Below are positions 55,427 through 64,000 of a stretch of 64,000 nucleotides of DNA, one piece after another. The notes below the pieces were generated by a model that was not told the origin of the DNA, searched no databases, and saw only the letters and a program-made list of their open reading frames with translations. The translations under genes and the position numbers were made by a program. How positions within the stretch are numbered: position 1 is the first letter of the stretch; the number at the start of each line of letters is the position of its first letter. This DNA comes from Tubulanus polymorphus (lineage: Eukaryota > Animalia > Nemertea), in NCBI RefSeq assembly GCF_964204645.1, contig NC_134029.1, forward strand, positions 24,644,534-24,708,533, in the 5' to 3' direction.

Positions 55427-56908
55427 AATGATTTTTTTAGGTGAATGCGCGACACGAATTGATGAAATGTTCTAACTGGCCATGGATTTCCTATTGGGCA
55501 TTTTAGCGATGAAAATGTTGCAGTTGCTCGTGGCCCTTACATGACCTGGGTCCTATTCTATCATGTGACATTATTCAGGGGGTAATGAAGTAAATACAAT
55601 GTATGTTGAACACATCGCAAATTGCGCAGAAAATAAATGAATAGAAATAAAATAACAACGAATGATTATAAAGTTTTACACTTCAACAAAGATACTATTC
55701 ACATCTAGGCTTTCAAATAATCGTGTTTAGACGTTATTTTCAAGATTCATCATCGATTTTACCGAACTTTAATTCACTGCTCGAGTCCGAGATGACACAA
55801 ACTATTTATAACAATTACAGAGAGCTGAAAATATCCTATGACGCGAATAGAATAGAATTATATGGATGATTGTGGTTTGAGTGAGAGGGATCAAAAGGCG
55901 CTTTATTGACCGCACAACTCTATATAACTATTTATACTGAAATACGCAGTGATTATAGTTCGATTTATTGGACACGGTCACAACCTCGAAATAAAGAGAC
56001 AAAAAAGACACAACTTGAAGTTCACAGAAAACTGTATGAGAAAGTTACAGTTTTCGATTAGTCTAGAAATAAACAAAAATAACAACGTTTTATCAATTCG
56101 TATTCTGGAATTTACGATTAGGGATGGTCAACATACCGAATACACAATCAATTCACGCAAAAACTTCATCTTTTTTCTGGAGACTCCAGACTCTATTGAC
56201 GAGTTTCCTTCGACATTTAGGAAACTTAGCGTGGAAATGGACGGAAATATCCCGTGTATCTCCGAGGAAAGGTCTCCTCGACCAGACTGGATGATATAAC
56301 GACTTCAGATACAGTTCTCAGGCGCCAACAACCAATTAACAAATACATTAATTTTAATATAAATCAACAGAACGGAAAAGCTTTATTCGCGAACTGAATG
56401 TTAAACAGGAAAAGGTGAATTGTAAACGATACTTTGTTTCAAGTGTCTGTCCTCGTCTTGGCTTTATAAAACCCGCGGTGCTGGTGGTAACTGCTAGAAA
56501 ATATCGAAAAATTGATCGTTTTTTATTCGAAGTCGCAGAAAAAATTGAATCGCGAATTTTCTAACAATTAGAGACCGATATATCGGGAAATCTTTTTGAA
56601 ATAGCGAATTCGTAATGATTTTTGATACGATCGTTTTTTTTTTAAATCGTTGGATTAATTCAACTATACCGGGTTTTACTTAGCGACTGATCTTACACAC
56701 AAATTCATTCGCGATTTTTCTATCAGAGACAATGTTTATTTTTAGACAGGAATCGTTATTTTTCATACATATAATTGAAGGAGGGAGGGGGTAGGGGAGG
56801 TAGGGGGGGGGGGGTAGGGGCATCGTGTGGACTTCATTTTTAGAATCATCCAGATTCTGTTCTACTAGTTTCCATATCGATGTACGTATAACACTGCGGA
56901 TAAGCCGT

Positions 56909-56939
<31 letters not shown>

Positions 56940-57205
56940 CGAGTTGTTGTAAACTCAGGAATTTACCGCGCGTTCATTCAACACTTATACTTCATATCAT
57001 TACTTACTATTTACTACGGTCTGGTGCGTGTGCGCATGCGCAATTCGCCTTGAAAAAATAAAACTACCGACGGTAACTATTTTCTGGCTTGTTGCTCGTT
57101 TCTGTGATAATACATACTATGCGTCAGCGAACTAAGATTAGTAAGATCGCTTTTCTTTAAAAAAGGTAGATAACAAAATAGAGCAACGAAGAGACTTTTA
57201 AATAT

Positions 57206-57210
<5 letters not shown>

Positions 57211-57301
<91 letters not shown>
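57211..57301. repeat. (TA)n microsatellite ~45 units
   Basis: Perfect TA run. Confidence 0.97.
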
Positions 57302-57303
<2 letters not shown>

Positions 57304-57346
57304 TGCGCCGTAGTATCACCAAATAAAGACCTAAACATCCGGCCTT

Positions 57347-57436
57347 AGTTCCACAGTTATCAGGTTAGATCTGCTGACTCCTGAAAGTGAAAGAATCTGA
57401 CTACAACCGCCAGAGTTCACTCGTAACTGTGGAACT
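57347..57436. mobile_element. Small MITE (AGTTCCACAGTTA termini)
   Basis: Perfect 13-bp TIR agttccacagtta/taactgtggaact. Same terminal family as 12534-12630, with degenerate copies near 2713-2791, 31509, 53020 and 58286. Confidence 0.65.
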
Positions 57437-60400
57437 GGATTCCTAGTGAAATATGGCTATTGATAAGAAGAACGCTTCTGTAGATCCATCAGAGCCTATG
57501 TTTAGAATTCATAGGGGGCGCTACAAGTATTGTATAGGTATACATACGGCATCAATTATGTTATTATGTAAAATGTTTGAAGTGAAAGTTTTTTGTTTAT
57601 AGTCTGTTATTACGAGTATGTCAGTGATAGAACTGAGGTTGTATTGTCAAGTTATATTCCAGGTATCAGATGTGTGTGGGCTAATTACGCAAACTAGTGC
57701 ATCAGTCAAACAATAGACAACGAATTAACAAATATATTGTTTTAAGCGAAACTAACCGTACACAAATGTGGTCGATCCTACAAACCGAACAGGTGAATAC
57801 GACATACACCGATAGCATAGATTTGTTATAAACTTTCATAAAGAAACTAAAACCCAACTCAAACAATACGATCTATCTTAGTTGTGTTTCGGCGCAGTGT
57901 CTGGTGTTGGTATAAACATGAACGCCCACCCTATCGTCCCGTTAGCCCGTTACCATGCAATAGGGCACGCCGAGGTTTTGGGGGTTCTTAACAAACTGTC
58001 AGCGGAACGGAAATAAAAACAACATTACCAGACGTTATTCTTCGCTTAAGTAATTTCAATTTGAAAGAAAATACAGTTTTGTTGATATCTGAAAAGAAAA
58101 CCGATTTTAAACACAACTTTGTTTGTGCTACGCTGAAATATCTTTTGAAAAGGAACGTTTTTTTTTGTTTGAAAACAAAACAATGTTTAAAATACACAAA
58201 GTGCAAGAATAAATCTTTTTATATCGGTAACTTTAGATCGGGTTAGAAACAGTAGAAATGTTAGTGATTTTGCGTAAAACTCACTGGATCAAGTTTCACA
58301 GTTCTTGGTACAGTTCGGATTTAAGAGTTAAAGCCAGTTCATTTCTAATGCTTTAAGATGATCGTCCCTAAATATAGAGGACCCGGTTCGACAGTGTGAG
58401 TTAACATTTGACTGATTGAAAATTAACTAATTTTAACTCGTAAAGTTCTAACTAATCATGTTGTATTAATATATCTCTTACGAACCCAACATTTCCAATT
58501 TAAACCCAAAACTCAAATTTTGACCGAGGCTGTGTAACTAGAGACCTGTAATATACTCATTGATATCGGGTAATTTTATCATGAAAATATTTAGATCATT
58601 TTTTCATTTTTTGTTCTCTATGCACAGATGTAATTTCGCGTCGCGTCCTTTAGTTCAGTGTTTGATATGTACACACTTCTTTAGCGCAATTATTTGATCT
58701 TTTGACCCATTTCTACACAACTCAAGTTATTCAGGACACAAAAACCTATTGCCATTACGAGTTCAAAATTGTGCTTCCTTTCAGACGTACAATCGCTCAA
58801 AAAGTAGATTTCTCGGGGTGAAACACGAATAAAGGCATTCTAGGTCACCGAGGTCGCCATCAAACCGTCAACATCAGTCAAAGGTCCAGACAATTTGAAA
58901 ACGTGTCTGTTTTTTACAATTAACCCGCGACATCTAAACGGAATATTTTTTTTATGCGGCCTTCAGGCGCATTTCTGAAGCGGTCGGATGTTATATCACT
59001 ATAATATAATGGCTGGTGTCTTTTCAATACAGACATAATAAAATCTGAATCGAATGCGATACGTTTTAAAGGGTAGTATGTGCTTTTAGGTTATAAGCAA
59101 AAAGAGAAAAAAAATAAGACGGCGTTTGCTCGAGGGGTAAAGGGGTATAACTGGTTGACCGGATTAGACTCGAACCAGGCTTGCAGAGCCCGGCTGCAAA
59201 CTCGCACTTCACGATTCTTATTATTAGAAAATCTAATACGTTCAAAATATTTCTGATATATTTTCTGTAGGTATCTGTTTACGGATGCCCCAGTTTCGCA
59301 GTTAGTACGAGTTTTATTTCATTGTATTTAATCTATTTTCTCGCTATGTAACGAAATACCGATATTAAAACAAGATTAGGAATCTAGCAAATAGAATATG
59401 TAACAGCCTGGAACCAGGGCCCGGAACAGCGGGGAACGTATGAAAAGCTAAACTTGTCGCATATACTAAATATTAGATATTTTGAATAACAAATTAAACA
59501 GATAAAACTCATGTTTATAATTTATAATGATCACATTATTAATCCTGAAATATTGGCAGTACTTGCAATATATTACGTAAATGAGTCGTTCTATTTAGAA
59601 CTCGCCACCCACAACAATGTAGCCACAACTATTATTAAATATATATTTCAATATGTTGACTTCTGAACCGTTGGTCATCACTATATTACAATTAAGATGT
59701 AGCAAATAACTGTCGATTTTGGGGTAGATATTTAGGATGAGTTGAGTAAACATGTACCGAATTCTTTGACCAGCCAAATAGATCATCAAGTCCCCATAGA
59801 AAGAAAGAATATATAATTGTTGCTATCGACTGATTGATTCGTTTAGCGGACTCTCTTCTCGAGACTTCTCAGAGGCCGATTTCTGTGTTTCAGTCTACAA
59901 CACTATTAGTGTCAGACTCTTCCGCTCGATGCGAGGGCAGCACTTTACAATCGGAAACTTTTTACAACATGTACCGTGAAAAACAGGAAGTTTGCACTAA
60001 AAGTTCATTTTATTCACAACTATGATAGAAATATACATTATAAAAGCTTTCGTAGCTCTTTCTTTCTAAATACAAATAAAACTAAAGGAAAGTTTTAAAG
60101 TATTGATTATCATACATAGTCTTTACACGATAGACTGATATACATAAAAAGTACACATTGAAACAGTAAAATAAGTGACATGTCGCGAATAAACTTAAAA
60201 TCTATTTGAGTCTGTGAAAAGCGGATGTTTTTCTTTGTATGAAGGCGATAACTCCAGTGTACCAGTGTTCCAGCTAGTTGACCTCCGACTGTGAAAGTTC
60301 CATGTTTGCACCTAAAATGGTTTCTCTTTCCGGCAAAAGATTCTTGACTGATGTTTAACCATATTCTATGATTGAAGGCGAGTTCTTCAACATCAAATCA

Positions 60401-60406
60401 TTTATT
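60401..60406 (-). terminator. Putative polyadenylation signal of H2A
   Basis: AATAAA on the minus strand about 135 nt after the stop, with a second one at 60009-60014. No histone 3' stem-loop is visible. Confidence 0.5.
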
Positions 60407-60540
60407 GTGCTGAATATGTGTGTATTGTACTGTACAGGGACCGGGGCTACAAATACGACTGTTTATAAACCCATTTCTGATCGATTCAGGCAGAGGCGTG
60501 CTGCTGCTGCTGCTGCTGCTGCTGCTGTATCACAGTTTCT

Positions 60541-60927
60541 CTATTTACTGGTAGTTGATGCCGCTTGGTATTTACGAGGCAATAAAACATTATGTATATT
60601 GGGTAGAACACCTCCCTGCGCAATGGTCACTTTAGCCAACAGTCTGTTCAATTCCTCATCGTTTCTGACGGCTAGTTGGATGTGTCTGGGTATGATTCGA
60701 GTACGTTTATTATCCCTGGCCGCATTTCCCGCAAGTTCTAGAATTTCAGCGGCTAAATACTCGAGTACGGCGGCCAGGTAAACTGGAGCACCTCCGCCAA
60801 CGCGTTCAGCATAGTTACCCTTCCTCATAAATCTATGTATCCTACTCACCGGAAACTGTAATCCAGCTCGCGATGATCGAGATTTAGTTTTAGATTTAGA
60901 CTTTCCACCCTTTCCTCTGCCCGACAT
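60541..60927 (-). CDS. H2A: Histone H2A, solitary divergent variant (128 aa)
   Basis: MSGRGKGGK...[11 protein letters not shown]...[17 protein letters not shown]...RNDEELN...[11 protein letters not shown]. The true start is the internal ATG at 60927; no introns. Confidence 0.97.
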   Translation of the reverse strand: MSGRGKGGKSKSKTKSRSSRAGLQFPVSRIHRFMRKGNYAERVGGGAPVYLAAVLEYLAAEILELAGNAARDNKRTRIIPRHIQLAVRNDEELNRLLAKVTIAQGGVLPNIHNVLLPRKYQAASTTSK

Positions 60928-61181
60928 CTTGTTTTTACTCGTAAGAAGGCGAAGGTCGATAAAACTGCGCGCGACATCTATCAGAATACAGACACAGTAC
61001 TGGTTACAGCACTGGTGGATATATCGAGGGAAATTTGAATTCATGAGTACAAAAAAATTCGTTCATTTTGTCCTTGCTTTAATATATTAGACTTGCTTCC
61101 AAGATTCAGGATTTTCTCAGAAGCGTGCCAGATTAGATTTGACTCCGCGGAGTATCAACTCTCACAAATGTGGAACTAAAT

Positions 61182-61709
61182 AGATCATGCAAGTAACAAG
61201 AGAAATCCCACAATAAGTTCAGCCAAAACGAGAAACTTGAATAGAAGAGTTATATATATTTGCGCAACGTTTCGGCTAAAGACTATTAGCCATCATCAGG
61301 CGTACTGAGTACAGGAGAATATTACAAGATATTTATACAAGACCAAAACAATAGAAGCAGAGTGAGTGATTAAAATATTGAAAGGGGAATAGATTAAAGT
61401 AATGACATAACAACTAGAAAACAATGCTAGCATTGTTTTCTAGTTGTTATGTCATTACTTTAATCTATTCCCCTTTCAATATTTTAATCACTCACTCTGC
61501 TTCTATTGTTTTGGTCTTGTATAAATATCTTGTAATATTCTCCTGTACTCAGTACGCCTGATGATGGCTAATAGTCTTTAGCCGAAACGTTGCGCAAATA
61601 TATATAACTCTTCTATTCAAGTTTCTCGTTTTGGCTGAACTTATTGTGGGATTTCTCTTGTTATCTTCTTACACGGATATTGTGTATCTTCTCGTCAGAT
61701 CATGCAAGT
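61182..61709 (+). mobile_element. Penelope-like retroelement (PLE) remnant: inverted pLTR palindrome plus tail with TSD
   Basis: Perfect palindrome 61194-61663 (235-bp arms, centre 61428/61429, no spacer), unique tail 61664-61696, and direct repeat AGATCATGCAAGT at 61182-61194 and 61697-61709. A hammerhead motif lies in the arms. Confidence 0.8.
61555..61594 (+). ncRNA. Minimal type I hammerhead ribozyme motif (mirror copy on - strand at 61263-61302)
   Basis: CGC-CTGATGA-T-GGCTAA(tagtct)TTAGCC-GAAA-C-GTT-GCG: conserved core, 6-bp stem II, palindromic ACGT in place of stem III, and a short stem I. Confidence 0.75.
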
Positions 61710-62181
61710 GTTGTACACTACTACTCTTTATTTGCAACAGCTACACACCGGATCGACACCTAGTACAGCGAATGAAATGCCAGGCACATAGATGTGATAG
61801 GTGAAATATCGGTGGTTATCAAAATCGATTTCTCTCTGTTAAAATGTGACACTTCACACGGAAGGAGGTTTATAAAGATAACTCGAATGTCACGTGATTG
61901 CGCCATGTTGTTCTGAAGTTTCACACTGATGACAAGTTTTATCCGTACTCGAAACCTCTTCAATCAATCCGCGTTTTCAATCAGAAAATGGACAATTGAT
62001 GATTGACAGACATTGATTAAAGCGCCACACAACATCAAACCTCATAAATCAATACATCGCAAGATTCGAGTTCACATTAGAGATTACAAAATAATGTCTC
62101 CATCTCTTGGAACAGCCTATAGTAGTTGTAGTCAGTTCTCTCGCCGAATCTGTCCACTGTTCCCCGCTCTAGTCACTGTTA

Positions 62182-62539
62182 AGCCTAGCGCACATCAACA
62201 CTGCGATCGGAGACAACTAGTTGCTACCGAACGATTACCCCGCGCACATCGAAATCTAGTTACAACCGGTCAGTTGCAGCAACTGCATGGCGCGTGTCGA
62301 TCGTCGAGATCCAGAGCGCGCACATCGACGGATATGACTGCGATTGAGTACAACCAGTTGCTCAAAAGTAGAACATGGGCAACTGGCTGGAACTGGAGAT
62401 AGATCGACGCTTACCAATCGTAAGCTCGCTCACATCGACACATTCAAGCAACTGATCGTATCCAGCCAGTTCCTCTCATGCGCCGAAAACTGCCTTGCAA
62501 CTAGTTGTCTCCAATCGCAGTGTCAATGTGCGCTAGGCT
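62182..62539. mobile_element. MITE, PIF/Harbinger (Tourist)-like
   Basis: ~43-bp TIRs (agcctagcgcacatcaacactgcgatcggagacaactagttgc / gcaactagttgtctccaatcgcagtgtcaatgtgcgctaggct, 3 mismatches) flanked by TTA on both sides; no credible coding region. Confidence 0.85.
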
Positions 62540-64000
62540 TTAGACTGCTTGTTTGTTTACATTTCTTGAGGTGGTCCTATTCCAGGAGAGTCACTCCGAG
62601 GGCCTATCTTACAATATGTTTCAGTCACTCTCCCAGTGGAAGGCTGACCCTGACCAGCGGAAACTATCGACCACGTGCGATCACGACAAATCCTTGAGGA
62701 GGGAACAGAACAAACATGACCTTTGATAAAAATTGTCTTTGGTTTTACAGTGTACCGTACGTCATTTATTCACCGATCAGAATGATTTGATTTCGATCTA
62801 ATTTCTGATATCGTCGATGCGTAGTAATGAGGCCCTGCCCCGCGGATTACTTCCGTATCATGCACATACGCGATATCAATAACACCGCCACAGACGACAA
62901 GGTCATGTGGTGTCACTCTGATACCGCGGTTGAGATTATTTATGTTGATTGCGCTATTCCATCACCAAATCACCCTCTCTGTTACCCCTACGGTCTCCTA
63001 GCAGAATTTAAGTAGACTAAACGACCATCGGATAGCTAAGACTTTAATTAACCTAAAGTTGGTGGCAGCACTGTACGGTCGCCTAGCGGAATTTCTGCGC
63101 ACTGATTATAGTTTCAGGTTAACACACACGTGCTGTCAGCTGAAGGTCCCCTCTCTCTTTCTCCTCAGCCTGTGCGTGTCTGTGTTTAATAAGATAATGT
63201 TATGATAGATAATGTTATGGGTCGAAGGCTCAGTCATTAATTACTAACTGTCTCTAATCGGCAGCGGGGATATGCCGGTATTATATCATGGTTTATTGCA
63301 CGTTAGTTTCAACCAGTCCATGCAGAACTAATGAAAATAAAGCTACTGAACTCAAGAGCAAAATATCAGAAAGTTCAGGTATTAGGGGGCTGTAGACTTT
63401 TTGAGTCAGTCGGTGCTCGCAGGCACCTTGCACGTGAAGACGCACAAATAGTTCAATAAACCGTTGAGATATTCATATTCTTTTAAGGCCTATCATTTCT
63501 CAAGTTGCCTGTTGTTGCCGTTGACGCAATTCGAAAGAAGAACTGTTCCCTAGACTTTAGAATCGTGTTTAGAGAACAGTCTGTCTGAGATCAGACACCT
63601 TCATAAAACAGTAATAACACATTCAAACTGGGAGATCTCTTTGTGACCAGGAACAAGTTCATATCCGTCCTGACAATAACCGCAGTACACTGTCACACAA
63701 TGACGCACGCACTTCTTACTAAATACACCGCCACGATCTGACACTGTCTTAATGAATACGAAGTTTTTTGTTGTCAAACATTTACGCGCCGAGGAGCATA
63801 TTCACGTAAAAATTCCACTTTTTCCATGTCTTGGAGACAAAGTTTCAGACAATCTATGTCTATAATGGTTTCTACCTAAAGCCATTTATTTAATACATGT
63901 GCGTAAAGTATCAGTAAAAACTATATCGAAAGCAATCAATGTAACATCTATCTATGCATGGAACCTGTATCAAATTGAGAAGAAAACCCAACGATTTTAA

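Noticed and set aside
55064-55475. ESEDATGQ-repeat ORF and overlapping ORFs
   Set aside because: Open in several frames only because the 24-bp unit lacks stops; no convincing splice context or partner exons.
55949-56299. 116-aa ORF as a possible exon
   Set aside because: No domain similarity and no phase-consistent neighbouring exons could be identified.
60928-61044. 39-aa N-terminal extension of H2A in the ORF track
   Set aside because: The canonical MSGRGK start has a good context (aaaaacaagATG); the upstream segment has no histone similarity.

Overview
This is AT-rich eukaryotic (bilaterian invertebrate-type) genomic DNA with three protein-coding genes. (1) The 3' six exons of an RCC1-repeat protein with a long low-complexity C-terminus (+, 5831-33808); I reconstructed it from GT-AG sites with consistent phases, and the 5' exons were not found. 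(2) A complete three-exon COUP-TF/seven-up (NR2F) nuclear receptor (+, 39747-51938, 432 aa). Its proximal promoter carries CCAAT, AP-1 and CArG motifs and a DR1-type element. (3) A solitary, intronless, divergent histone H2A (-, 60541-60927) with no histone stem-loop but an AATAAA signal. The non-coding DNA holds many mini/microsatellites, several MITE families (one with a clean TTA target duplication) and tRNA-derived SINE remnants. The most striking structures are a perfect 470-bp spacer-less palindrome with a 33-bp tail and 13-bp target duplication that carries a minimal hammerhead ribozyme (Penelope-like retroelement signature) just upstream of H2A, a second hammerhead-bearing inverted repeat at about 25 kb, and a telomere-repeat insertion that precisely splits the T-arm of a tRNA-like SINE head.
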